Assembly: GCF_964194155.1 (NCBI RefSeq)
Contig: NC_135901.1
Coordinates: 372,001-436,000, forward strand
Length of the DNA: 64,000 bases
Direction: 5' to 3'
From: Cetorhinus maximus
Lineage: Eukaryota
Under the pieces are notes generated by a model. That model searched no databases. It was not told the DNA's origin and saw nothing but the letters and a program-made list of their open reading frames with translations. How positions within the stretch are numbered: the first letter of the stretch is position 1; every line of letters starts with the position of its first letter. A program made the position numbers and the translations under genes. Below are positions 10,346 to 23,894 of this stretch, piece after piece.

Positions 10346-12745
10346 TTGTCTCTGTTCCATTGAGTCTACAGCACGGGGCCAGGCCAGTCGACTCAATTGG
10401 TCTATGTCAGTATTTATGCTCCACATGAGCCTCCGCTTCATCTCCCTCCATCAGCATATCTTTCTATTCCTATCTCCCTCGTGTATGTATCTAACCTCTG
10501 CTTAAATGTCTTCATGTTTTTCACCTCCACCACTCGCTGTGGGAGCAAGTTCCACATTCTCACCACTCACTGGGTAAAGAGGTTTGTCATGAAATCCCTA
10601 TTGGATTATTGAATCCCTTCATAATCTTAAAGGCTCCCACCAGGTCACCCTTCAGTCTTCTCTCTTTTTTTCTGAAAAGTGTCAGTGAAGAAAATGCTTT
10701 CGGTTCTGGTATTGTTCTTTTTCTAAATGGAGATCACTAATGTTGACAGTACTCCCAGTTAGTCTAACCAAACAAGTTGAACAGAAACTCCTTGCTTTTC
10801 AATTCTATCCCTCTATAATGGAACCCTACATATGGACCATACATTAAAGGAAAGATGTGAATTCTTTGAGAGGCTGGAGACAGGATTTATGAGAACGGCA
10901 CCAGGGGTGAGGGACTTCAGTTAGTTGGAGAGACTGGAGTAGATGAAATTGCTCTCTTTAGATCATAGAATTATGCATTCGGCCCATCAATTGCATGCCA
11001 GCTCTCCAGAGTGAATCAGTTAGTTCCATTGCCCCGTTCCATCCTCACGTACCTATAGGTTTATTTGTCCACCCAATTATCCCCGCTTCTCTTACCCTCG
11101 AGTGGAAGCAGATTCCAGGTCATGACCACTCACTTTAAATGCCTACGAGGCTCACAGAGCAAAGAGGGAGGCCATTATGCCCATCATGCTCATGGTGGCT
11201 CTTTGAAAAACAACCCAATTAATCCAGTCGCCCTGCAGTTTTCTTTTCCTTTCAAGAATCTGTCCAGATCCCTTTTTAAAGATAGAAGTGAATCTGCTTC
11301 TCGCACCATTTTCAGGCAGTGCGTTCCAAATCACAACAACTTGCTGTGTTTTAAAACAAATAATTCAGGATATTGTGTGTTTGAAGTTTCACATAGTATT
11401 CAAAATGGTGGCAAAGATGTGGTTATTACACAAAATTAAGGTTCAATCTTTATCAGTGATCTTGACGAGGGGATTGTGTGTAATATATCCAATTTTCTGG
11501 ACAATTACGAAACAATACGTTTCTATAGCACCTCTCAGGACCACAGGACCTCTTAAAGTGTTCTGCAGCCAATGAAGTAGTTTTGAAGTTTCATCATTGT
11601 AATGTATGAAACTATAGACAGGGCGGGATAGTCAAATTTCATTTTAAAATTCAATCACTTTCATCCTCTATTCACTGTTATAAGTAACAAGGTCAAGGAA
11701 GCCATTTTAAACTCTTAACATGTGGCTTCTTGAAACTTTTGTCCATTGTATAACTTTTCTTTATTAAATACCTATTGGTTTTGTATTAATAGCCAGTCAT
11801 GAACCAGATGATTATTCAGTAATGAACCTTGAATAAGTTACCACTTAGTGAATCAATGTAATAGATAATTATATTATAAAGGGTGCATCTGCATTTTAAA
11901 AATGAACACCATATAAACTTATTTTTTCTAGAAACTGCAGAGCTAGCAGAAATTGTTTAAACAAATAAATTATTTTCTAATTTTGATAAGCTATAGGACA
12001 TCATATTCTGCCAAAATCCAGTTTAAGAATAAGGCTCATGTTTAATCCAATCAAGATTAGTAAAAAATAAAGCTATTGTTTTCCATAATCTGTTGTTTTG
12101 AACCACTGTATCTTGTATTAACCAAATGTATTAATTAAATATTACTGTATTAACTATCAGTCAGTAACAGATGTTTAAGTAGTGAGCCTTAATTGAGTTA
12201 CAATTAATGAATCAATAATGAATCAGTAGTTATAGTAAAAGACTGAGTTTTATTCACTGTAAAGATGTGAAATCTTCATTGCTGTGTATGTAAAGAATGT
12301 GCAATGAAGATAAATGTACTGGCAAGAGAGACCTTCAAGCTCTGATTAGCCTCAACATTTGAAACTGTCTGAAAACCTGTCATTGTATAGAATCAGATAA
12401 AGGGATAGTATGAAACAGTTCTATTGTCTTCCTGTCGATGATAATGAGAGAAGGTCGTGTAAGTAATTGTGAATACAATTAACCTAGCAACTAAATTGAC
12501 CAATTGTCATGTTACAACAAGCCCCACTCTGATGTGAGGTAATGGTCACTTTGGGGATAAAAGTAGAGGTTCCAAAGGTCTTCCTTGCTAGCCAAGTACT
12601 GGAGATTCCCAAGGCTGAGTTCCAAGGAAATTACTGTCAAAGAAGGAGCCAGAGAGGGTGACGCTTCTACAGACTGATCACCCACATGAAGTTGTAAAAG
12701 TTAATGTCTTAAAATCGTTAAGTAAACCTTTATCTTATAATGTCT

Positions 12746-13056
12746 GGGGGAGGCAATGGTGTAGTGGTATTGTCGCTGGACTAGTAATCCAGAGACCCAG
12801 GGTAATGCTTTGGGGACCAGGGTTCAAATCCCACCATGGCAGATGATGGAATTTGAATTCAATAGGAATCTGAGATTAAAAGGCTGGTGATGACTCATGA
12901 AACCATTGTCAGGGAAGGAAATCTGCTGCCCTTACCTGATCTGGCCTGCATGTGACTCCAGACTCTTAAATGCCCCTCTGAACAAGGGCAGTTAGGGATG
13001 GGCAATAAATGCTGGCCTAGCCAGCGACGCCCACATCCCATGAATGAATAAAAAAA
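12746..13056 (+). mobile_element. tRNA-derived SINE with L2-like tail
   Basis: A box TGGTGTAGTGG, B box GGTTCAAATCC and tail cccatgaatgaataaaaaaa. Absent from the paralogous site near 35640. Confidence 0.85.
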
Positions 13057-13204
13057 GTTTTTTTTTAAGTTTACAATCCAGAGAAGTCTGCCTTTGCCTT
13101 AATTGGTTAAAATCTTGTTTGGACCAAAGTGAATTTATTAAGTGGCAGGCTGAAATCAATTAAGTTACAGATCGCAAGATCAGATAATATAAATCTTAAA
13201 TTTA

Positions 13205-13645
13205 AGATATTACATTTATATAGTGTCTTTCACAACCACAATACATCACAAAATGAAGTACCTTTGAAGTGTAGTCACTGTTGTAAAGTTGGAAACATGG
13301 CAGCCAGTTTACACACAGCAAGACCCCACAAACATCAAGGTGATAATGAGCAGATGATCTGTTTTTAGTGATGTTGAATGATAAATATTGGCCGGGACAC
13401 CTGGGATAGCTCCCCTGCTCTTCTTTATTGGCCATGGGAACTTCCATCTCCGCCCAAAGGGGTAGACAGGGCCCTTGAGTTAGCAATTCATCCAAAGAAC
13501 AGCAGCTCCAACAGTGCAGCACTCCCTCAGTGCTCGCACTTGGAATATTGACTTTGCTTTTTGTCCTCAGGTCCCTGGAGTGAGTCTTCAGCCCTCAGCC
13601 TTCTAACTCAGAGATATGAGTGTGATCCACTAAGCCATGGCTGAC
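13205..13645 (-). mobile_element. tRNA-derived SINE with Deu-like domain (SacSINE1/AmnSINE-like)
   Basis: Minus strand begins gtcagccatggcttagtgg and contains gagggagtgctgcactgttggag...cccatggc...gtgtcccggccaatatttatc. Related pieces lie at ~19500-19585 and ~35240-35480. Confidence 0.65.
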
Positions 13646-13839
13646 AGTATAGACAATACAAAGTTAGGAAGGGAAAGTTATCCTTTAAATTCCCCACATT
13701 TTGCCTCTAGTGCCTAAATCTAATAATCAAAACTCCAATATAAATAACATGTATTTGACTGACAAATGTTAGTGTTGGCTTACAGCCACAAGTTTTGAGC
13801 TCCCATTTGAGCCTCTGGCTCCTTTCTGTCTCTTGCTCA

Positions 13840-14424
13840 TGTCAATGATGGAGCTGAGGGCTGAATTTAGCTGAGAATAACAGGGTCTGCATCGCATTTC
13901 AGAAATTGCCATGGGTGTTGACTAATAGGAAGATGCTGGAAGGCTGATTGGGAAGTGGGCCTCCAACCAATTGAGGAAGGAGTGGGGGGGGGGGGCGACC
14001 GGGGCTGATAGTCACGTGACCCCCGGGGTTCAGTTCCCCTGTGAGCAAAGCGGGGAGTGATGGGAACAGCGTACAGAGGAGCTGTAGAGAAACCATTTGG
14101 GTCCAGAACATTGTGCACATCCTTTTACTCTGGTTGTCTTTGATCCTTAAGTAATTTTCTTCTTTTTAACCATGTTCTGTTTCATGAATAAACTTTTATC
14201 AGAAAAAGTATTTGATTTTGCTGGGCTTTACATGATTAGATTTATGCACTTTAGAGAAGAGTGGGAGGCTCTTTAACAGAAAATGAGTCCCTCTAAGGTA
14301 AAGGAGCCACAGGGGGAGATGAGATTTTATTTTTGACACAGCGATGTTAGAAAATGGGGTTCAGGGAGTTAATTAACCCTTTATCCCCCTTTCCCAAACT
14401 CTTAAATGATTCACAGTGATAACA
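13840..14424 (+). mobile_element. Probable LTR followed by a PBS-like motif
   Basis: TG...CA ends, internal CCAAT, CACGTG and AATAAA, then tggtgacagtgg. The inverted paralog at 34565-35180 has tggcgac. Confidence 0.5.
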
Positions 14425-15956
14425 ATTATTGGTGACAGTGGCTAGATATTATTCAACTAAGAGCTGACACTTGCTCATGTCTGAGCAGTAGTATCAAAGT
14501 GCAGCAGCATTACTATTACACTCTGGATAGAAGCGCAATCTCCACTTAAATGCTCCCTGGTCTGTCCCAGACGCCATGGTTCCCACATAGAACCATAGAA
14601 AAGTTATAGCACAGAAGGAGGCCATTCGGCCCATCTTGTCCATGCCAGCCCGAAGACACCCAGCAAGTCATTTCTTCTCAGGTTCGGGGAGATTTGATAG
14701 AGGTGTACAAGATTATGACAAGTTTACATAAAGTGGACAAAGAACAGCTGTTCCCATTAACTGATGGTACAAGGATTGGGGGACACGGATTTAAGCTTTT
14801 GGGGAGGAGATGCAGGGGGATGTGAGGAAGAATATTTTACACAGTGAGTGGGAATGACCTGGAACTCACCGCTTATAAGGGCAGTGGAAAAGGAGACAAT
14901 GAATAATTTCAAAAGGAAATTGGATGGACACTTGAGGGAAATAAACATTCAGGGTAACAGGGATAGAACAGGGCAATGGGACTGACTAGTTTGCTCTGTC
15001 GAGTCGACATAGACTCGATGGACTGAATGGCCTCCTTCTCTGCCCTAATGACTCTGTGATCGAAAGACAGAAATTTCAGCTGCTCCCGTCTCTCCGACTA
15101 ACTGAAGACCCTTATCTCTGGTGCATTCTCACGATTCTCCTCTGCGCCCTCTCGCACAATTTCACATCTTGTCTAAAGTGCGGGGCTCAGATGTCGGGTT
15201 CCTTTCTAGAGGGACAGAATTGAAAAGCAGGGAGGTTATGTTCAACTTGTTTCGAACCGTGGTTAGACTACACTGGGAGGACTGTTAACATTTTTGATGT
15301 CCATTTAGAAAAGGGAAATAAAGGCACTGGAGAAGTGGCAACAAATATTCACAAGAATAATACCAGAAACGAGAGCATTTCAACCCTCGCGAAAGTCTGG
15401 GGCTGCTTTTCTCTAGAAAAGAGAAGTCTGAAGGGTGACCTGATGGGAGTCTTTAAGATTATGAAGGGGTTTAATAATCCAATGGGGATTTCATGAGAAA
15501 CCTCTTTATCCAGTGAGTGGTGAGAATGTGGAACTCGCTATCACAGTGAGTGGTTGAGGTGAACAGCATGAATACATTTAAGGGGAAGCTAGATACAAAC
15601 AAGAGGGAGAAAGGAATAGAAGGATATGCTGATGGGGGAGATGAAGAGGGGTGGGTGGAGGCTGATGTGGAGCACAAATACTGACATATACCAATGGAGC
15701 CGACTGGCCTGGCCATGTGCTGTAGACTCAATGGGAGAAAAACAAATTTATTTATTTTAGATCGACCTGGTAGGAACAACACTATTTACTATCCAGGATA
15801 AATAAATGTACTTCATCAGCTTTTGTGGATCATTTCAGTGGAAATGTGCTCTCCCACATTCAAAGAGCATCAGCCCACTGGAAGCAAAGTCATGAGACTG
15901 ACCAGTCCATCAGAAAGAAACCCTCTGGCCCTACCAACTTTCAGAATGAACATGGT

Positions 15957-16767
<811 letters not shown>

Positions 16768-17304
16768 GGTTCAGGTGTCCCTGTGTTTCTTCAGGTTATT
16801 CCACAGTCAGTACACTGGAAAATTCTCACTTGGGTGTGTGTGTCTCAATGCTTTTCCAGTCACACTGATGTTTAAAACGTTTTGAAGCAATCAGAACAGA
16901 CAAACATTTCTCCTTCTAGATTCAAAAGCTGATGATATTCAGCTCCCATGAATTGAATGACTGTCAGATCTTGACGTGATTTTTGTATGCCGATTTCTGT
17001 TTGCAAATCCTCCCCTTCTAATATCCTGTAAAAGGAGTTCACACATGTCATCAGTCTAGAATAAAAATTCAGAACAGACAATTCTAATTTCTAAGGAACA
17101 TTCTTCCCTCCTACGCTCCAAAATGTGTAAATCTCCATCCCACACACTCTCCCTCCTTTCTAACTCTGCATTACCTAATGTTCACCCTCCCAATTCTCCT
17201 GAATGTGGCAAATCATGCTAATTGACAGTTCCACACTCACCGCTTCCTGTTCTGGACAGGGAGGCATGAAAATCTATCACAGGACTAAAAATGTGTGTAA
17301 TATT

Positions 17305-17766
17305 CAGTACTCCAATACTGATATAGAGATACTGCACTCTATTGTGGAGCTGGAGGTACAGTACTCTATTGCTGAGTGATACAGTGCTCTACTACTGAGT
17401 TAGAGATACAGTACTCTATTACTGAGCTAGAGATACTATACTCTGATGTTGAGTTAGAGATACATGACCCTAAAGCTGAGTTAGAGAGACAGTACTCTGC
17501 TGAGTTACAGACACAGTACTCTGATGCTGAGTTACAGACACAGTACTCTGATGCTGAGTTACAGATACAGTACTCTGATGCTGAGTTACAGATACAGTAC
17601 TCTGATGCTGAGTTACAGATACAGTACTCTGATGCTGAGTTACAGATACAGTACTCTGATGTTGAGTTAGAGATACAGTACCCTAAAGCTGAGTTACAGA
17701 TACAGTACTCTGATGCTGAGTTACAGATACAGTACTCTGATGCTGAGTTACAGATACAGTACTCTT
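17305..17766. repeat. 27-bp minisatellite (gatacagtactctgatgctgagttaca)n in intron of C
   Basis: About 17 tandem units, degenerate on the left and near-perfect on the right. Confidence 0.95.
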
Positions 17767-18780
17767 AGATTTACTTGGAACTTGCTGCCTACGATGCTGG
17801 TAGAAGCAGATATTAACAATGATTTGAGGATGAAATGAGTAGGCATTTGAAGGAAATAAACTTGCAAGACTATGAGAATCTACAGGGTGAATGGAACTGC
17901 CTGGATTTCTTTATGGAGAGTGAGTGAGGACTAAGCTTGCCAACTGTGATGAAATGTATTCCTGGAGGTTTCACCGCATGATTTACCTCCATGTTCCAGC
18001 TGTTAATCAACCAACACAGCCAACCTTGTGGCACACTGCCTTCCTATACCAACTGGAAAGCAAAAAGACTCATTACCCACTTGGATAATGCTCAACTGTC
18101 AGCCAAGCAGCCTTCCACGCCCTCCCAAGCTGCCCACCACCCCACCTCCATCCCCACACACATTTTCAATATTTTTATATCTGGCAAAGTGAAATGTTCT
18201 AAGAAAATTACAAAAAAATACAATCTTTATTAATTTCCTGATGAATTTTCTCCAGGGTTGCACACAGCAGTGAACTGGAGAATGGTCTTCAATTCCTGGA
18301 GACTCCAGGCTAATCTTGGAGAATTGGCATGGACTCAAGTCACTGAATGCCAAAATGACTCTATGGTTGGAAATGTAAAATGCTACCACCTCATATATTA
18401 CAAGAATAGAAATAATAATAAATGTACATGATTAAAGAACCATAAATAATATCTCTAATATGTATCATATAACAACACTCGACATAACTCTTCCAATATT
18501 AATTTACTGTCCCTTAAATGTCAGCCATCTCCTGGGGAAACCATCCCCTTAATTATGAACATTAAGAAAGAGACCATCCTTTTAGCCAGACAAATAAATG
18601 TGTCGAGCTGAGGGAGCAAAGGATCTCAATGTCTTTAAGAGTGAGAGATGGGCTAACCTTTCCAGAGTCTGCACCCTCCCTGGATTCACTTCATTTCCCT
18701 TCAGTTCCTGCAAATCAACAATTTAAACCCAGAATTAGAAAAGAAATGGAAAGGGGGAGAAAAGAAAGTGTTTTACTCAC

Positions 18781-19140
18781 AGATGTTGGACACAGGAGGA
18801 AGTTTTCGTCTCTGTGAAGCTCAAGCGCTGGAGACACAAAGCCTGCGCTCTGATTGACTGGAGCACCAGAGTACTTCCGGTCCTCCCAGTCTTCCCATTG
18901 GTCAACATCTCAACATAATAAAAATTGGGGGGGAGATATGGGCTCTCCTCCACACATGCGCAGCTTCTCTCTCCCTTGGTCATGCGCAGTCCCGGGTCGC
19001 CTGCCGCGTGACGGATGGAGCGGTTTCACCAGCGCGGAGGATTGTGGGAGCTATGGCTGCCATTACTCATCCGGATCCCAATCTCGAAGCTCGTCAGACC
19101 TGGATGAAATGTGGGGGTGGGAGGGCGCACTGACAGAAAG
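18781..19140 (-). promoter_or_regulatory. CpG-rich promoter and first exon of locus C
   Basis: Family exon-1 end cttcctcctgtgtccaacatct|GTGAGT (donor 18780), ETS CCGGAAGT (~18873-18880), CCAAT and CATGCGCA motifs. Confidence 0.7.
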
Positions 19141-19249
19141 TATGTGGGTAGTTACTGTATTTTATTGTGACGCCCCCTTAGCCAATCAGTTTGTTAACTT
19201 CAAGCGTAAGGATATAGATTTAAATACAAGCGGAAAGTGCTGGAGATAC

Positions 19250-20875
19250 GCAGGCCTCGGCTATTAAAGAAAAATATTCCAAGTGCTTTTTTAACCACCT
19301 TATCTACCTGTGCTGTTACCTTCAGGAGTCTGTAGGCATACACTCCAGGGTCCTTCTGTTCCTCTACATTTCTCACTATTCTACCATTTGTTCTGTATTC
19401 CCTTGCTTTGTTAGCCTTCCTCAAATTAATTACCTCAAAATTCTCTGGGATTGAACTCGGGGTTTCCCTCTTTAAACCTTTCCACCCCTCTAAATCAATG
19501 TCAGTACTGAGAGAATGCTGCACTGTCGGAGGTTCTGTATTTCAAATGAGAGGTTAAACTGGGGTCCCATCTGCCCTCTCATAGGTACATAATATATTTA
19601 CAGCAGAGAAGGCCATTCGGTCCATCATGTCTGTGGCAGCCAAAAAAGAACAATCCAGTCTAACACCACCTTTCAGCTCCTGGTCTGTATCCCTGTAGGT
19701 TACATCACCTCAAGTTCATATCCAAGATTTTTTTTTAAATTATGATGAGGATTTCTGCATCTACCAACCTTTCAGGCAGTGAGTTCCAAACCTCCACACC
19801 TTCTGGGTGAAAAAATTACTCAACTCCCCTCTAATCCTTCCAGCAATGACTGTAAATCAATGCTCCCTGCTTACTGGCCTCTCTGCTATGGGAAATATTC
19901 ACTCTATGTGGGCCCCTCAGAAATACATACAAATCTTCCTTCAGCCTCTTCTGTTCCAAAGGAAAAAAACCCAGCCTCTCCAATCCTTCCTCATTGTTAA
20001 AATTCTCCATTCTTGGTAACATCATCATAAATGTCCTCTGTACCCTCTCTGGTGCGATCACACTCTTCCTGTAATTTGGTAACCAGAACTGTACACAGTA
20101 CTCCAGCTGTGGTCCAACTAGTGTTTTATACAATTCTAGCATAACCTCCCTGCTCTTATATTCTAGACCTCGGTTATTAAAGGAAAGTATCTCTGTGCTT
20201 TCTTAACCACCTTATCTACCTGTGCTGCTACCTTCAGGGATGGTCGGAGATAAACTCCAAGGTCCCTCTGTTCCTCTACATTTTTCACTATCCTACCATA
20301 TATTGTGGTAAATCCATTGCCTTGTTAGCCTTCACCAAATTCATTACCTCACTCTTCTCCGGGCTTGAATTCCATTTGTCACTTCTCTGCCCACCTGACC
20401 AGTCCATTGATATCTTCCTGTAGTCTAAAGCTTTCTTCCTCACTATCAAACCCACAGCCAATTTGTGCATCATCTGCAAACTTCTTAATCATAACTCCTA
20501 TGTTTAAGTCTAAATCATTGATATATATCACAAACAGTAAGTGACGGGTATTGTTACCTGTGGAGCCCCACTGGAAACAATCTTCCAATCACAAAAACAT
20601 CTATTGAACATTACCTTTTGTTTCCTGCCACTGAGCCAGTATTGGATCAAACTTGCTACTTCCACTTGGATCCCATGAATGTTTAATTGACTGATCAGTT
20701 TGCCATATGGATCCTTATCAAAAGCCTTGCTAAAATCCATATCGGCCACAGCAAATGCAGTACCCTCATCAACCCTTCTTGTTATGTCCTCAAAAAATTA
20801 AATTGATTTAGTCAGACACAGCCTTCCCTTGACAAATCCATGCTGACTGTCCTTGAGTAATCCGTGCCTTTTCAA
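19250..20875 (-). mobile_element. CR1 LINE fragments (RT to 3' end)
   Basis: DFSKAFDK, YINDLD, KFADD and PQLEYCVQFW motifs across several short ORFs. Confidence 0.88.
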
Positions 20876-20914
20876 ATCAGGATTTATACTGACAGTAACA
20901 AGGATTGGGAGAGA

Positions 20915-21190
20915 CCTCAGTCAGTGTACTGAGAGAAACGCAGGGTGAGGGAGAGAGATAGTGAGAGGGAGAGACAGAGAGAGTGAGAGAGAGAACCCAG
21001 TTAGTGTACTGAGAGAAACACAGTGTGAGAGGGAGAGAAAGATAGCCCAGTTGGTGCACTGAGAGAAACAGTGTGAGAGAGAGAGAAAGACTTCAGTCAG
21101 TGAACTGAGAGAAACACAGTGTGAGGGAGAGGCAGAGAGAAACCCCAATTAGTGTACTGGGAGAAATACAAAGTGAAGGAAAGAGAGAGT
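20915..21190. repeat. Degenerate ~40-bp GA-rich tandem repeat
   Basis: The unit cagtyagtgtactgagagaaacacagtgtgagrgag recurs about 5-6 times. Confidence 0.85.
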
Positions 21191-21589
21191 GCAAATGTAT
21201 GTCATCTTCCAGGCAATTTATCATTGTTTATGATAAATTGTTGGAGAGAGAAAAAAAATATTATTTCACCCAACCTCCCAATGTTGACAAATTATTTAAA
21301 CAATTTGAATGTTCCTGGAAAAAAAAGAGACATGTCAAAGCTTTTCACCTAGCACTCATCAGGATAGATGCAAGAATACCATATCTCAAAGGGAACAATT
21401 AATACTGAGAAACAGGGTGCTGGTTGGATGGCAAGTCGAATCTGATTGGTCAAGATGTTGCCCTGGCGAATGCATCAGGGAACAATTGTCCCCCATGTTT
21501 TTGTTTAATTGAAAAGGTGCAATGCCTAGACAAATTCCTTTTGCCTGCAGAGGACCAGGCCATGCATATGAATATTAAAAAATCCAGGA

Positions 21590-21904
21590 CAAAAACAGAA
21601 TTACCTGGAAAAACTCAGCAGGTCTGGCAGCATCGGTGGAGAAGAAAAGAGTTGACGTTTCAGGTTCACATGACCCTTCAACAGAACTGAAGTATAGTTA
21701 GGAGAGGGGTGAAATATAAGCTGGTTTAAGGTGGGGGGCGGGGGGAGAGAAATTGAGGGTGGGGTGGTTGTAGGGACAAGCAAGCAGTGATAGGAGCAGA
21801 TAATCAAAAGATGTCACAGACAAAAGGATCAAAGAGGTGTTGAATTTTTCCTGGTAATTCTGTTTTTGTTTTGGATTTCCAGCATCCGCAGTAGTTTTTT
21901 GTTT
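21590..21904. mobile_element. Penelope-like insertion with inverted terminal segment and 15-bp target-site duplication
   Basis: ttaaaaaatccagga at 21575-21589 and 21905-21919 flanks the insert; internal orientation switches near 21843. Confidence 0.8.
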
Positions 21905-21906
21905 TT

Positions 21907-22500
21907 AAAAAATCCAGGATCTGGTTCCAGTCCACATGTTCACCAAATCTAATCATTTCTTCCTTCAGCCATATCTTATTTGTGTAGCACATTTTGTTCA
22001 AATCCATCCATTAGTTTTTTAGACATATTGTTACAGACAGACAAACAAACAGGGTTGAAAACAAACTCTGTAACTCCAAAGCTGAAAGAATAAATGTTCT
22101 TATTAAGAGTGTCCATCTCATTGAAGAGGCTTCAGGCAAATCCACATCCGGCAACCTGCTCTGAAAACTGTTGACATTTTGACAGCTGTGACAAATTCCA
22201 CCCCAGCAGCAGAAACAATCCACAGCATTGTAAAACAATCACCATTCGAAATAAAACAAATCACAAAAATCGAAAAGAAAAAGTCAATCCTACCGATCTG
22301 CCAATGTGAGCGGATCCTTGAAAAAAATTCCAGGATCCCGATCTTCACCAAAAATAAATCAGTTCTTCTGTGGTTCATACCCTGTCAGTGTACCAGGTTC
22401 CGGTAAAATCTGCCATTAGTTTGTGAGATAAATTGCTTACAGACAAACAGAATAACAGGGATGAGAACATTACCTCCACCCATCTTCAGTGGCAGAGGTA
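21907..22500 (+). mobile_element. Probable non-autonomous Helentron/Helitron-type element
   Basis: Two related subunits (caccaaa..taatca.ttctt...ccattagttt...acagacaaac) end in attacctcc...ggcagaggta, resembling Helentron-associated ends. Confidence 0.45.
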
Positions 22501-22776
22501 CTGTCAGTACATTGAGCCCCGATGTCTATTCTCAGCCAGCATTATACAGGGGGAAAGGAGTGGATTCTCAGACCAGAAAGATGATCCCACAATGTACTCA
22601 GTGGCCTCTGAAGGGAAGCAGCCTCAGTCCACAAGAAGTTCTTGCACCAGCCCCCACCACCCCCTCAGTCAGCTGGCTTGTGCTGGCTCCTGCTGGATGA
22701 TCCCACATGGAATGAACATGGTTCTGTGCTGGATATAATTAACAGCAGCAATGACAGAAGAATCTAACCCATGCAG

Positions 22777-23199
22777 TCATTTATGAATTCGTCGGTGTCT
22801 CAGAAGGTTAGATATCCGAGTGAATGCCTTCCCACACAGGGAGCAAATGAACGGTCTCTCCCCAGTGTGAACTCGCTGATGTGTCAGCAGGGTGGATGAA
22901 TCTCTGAATCCCTTCCCACACTCATAATAGGTGAATGGCCTCTCCCCAGTGTGCACTCGCTGGTGTTTCTGCAGGGTGGAAGAATCACTGAATCCCTTCC
23001 CACATTCAGCGCAGGTGAATGGCCTCTCCCCAGTGTGAACTCGCTGGTGTGTCAGCAGCGCAGATGAATGACTGAATCCCTTCCCACACTCACAGCAGGT
23101 GAACCGTCTCTCTCCAGTGTGACTGCGTCGATGAATCTCCAGTTTAGATGGGCATCTGAAATCTTTCCCACATTCCCCGCATTTCCACGGTTTCTCCAT
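22777..23199 (-). CDS. C2H2 zinc-finger protein D, 5 finger units (4th degenerate, YYEC), 140 aa
   Basis: accATGg MEKPWKC to HK* within ORF 22777..23235. Confidence 0.8.
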   Translation of the reverse strand: MEKPWKCGECGKDFRCPSKLEIHRRSHTGERRFTCCECGKGFSHSSALLTHQRVHTGERPFTCAECGKGFSDSSTLQKHQRVHTGERPFTYYECGKGFRDSSTLLTHQRVHTGERPFICSLCGKAFTRISNLLRHRRIHK

Positions 23200-23894
23200 G
23201 GTGCCGGTGTCCTTGTGTCTCTCCAGGTTGGACAATCAGTTGAAGCCTCGCCCTCACACAGAACACATGTACAGTCCCTCCCCACTGTGAATGACGTGAT
23301 GTTTTTTTCAGGCTGTTTAAACGGGTTGAACTGGTTAAAATCTGTGCATTAGAACACCCTCACTCAGGTATTTGTGTGTCTCGGTGCTTTTCCAGTCACA
23401 CTGATGTTTAAAACCTTTTGAAGCAGACATAACAGGCAAACATTTTACCCTCTAGGTTCAAAGGCTGATGATATTCAGGTCCTGATAAATCGAGTGACTG
23501 TCAGATCTTGAGGAAACATTTGGTTTGAGATTTCTGTCTACAAACCCTCTCCTTCCTAATATCCTGTAAAAGGAGTTTACAAAAATCATCACTGTCAGTA
23601 CAGGATAGAAATTCAGAACAGACAATTCTAGTTTCTATGGAACGTTCATTCTTCTTTCATCCAAAAGTCATCCCAGACACCTCCTCCCCATTCTTACTTT
23701 GCCGCACATAACTTTGAACCTCCCAATTGTCCTGAAGGAGCGATTCATGCTGATCGACAGACCATGGTCAGTGCTGCATGTCCTGGAACCAGAGACCGAA
23801 AATGTTTATGGAGGCTGCTGGTATGTACATATAAGTGGACTAAAAATGTGACATATAGCACTGTATTTCTTAATGAGGGATACAGTAGGAAGGG

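Noticed and set aside
12746-12840. tRNA gene
   Set aside because: A and B boxes are present, but there is no cloverleaf and it continues into a SINE body and tail.
17376-17768. 130-aa repeat ORF or CRISPR-like array
   Set aside because: It is a direct 27-bp tandem with no spacers, in eukaryotic context. The ORF has no ATG start and follows from the unit length being a multiple of three.
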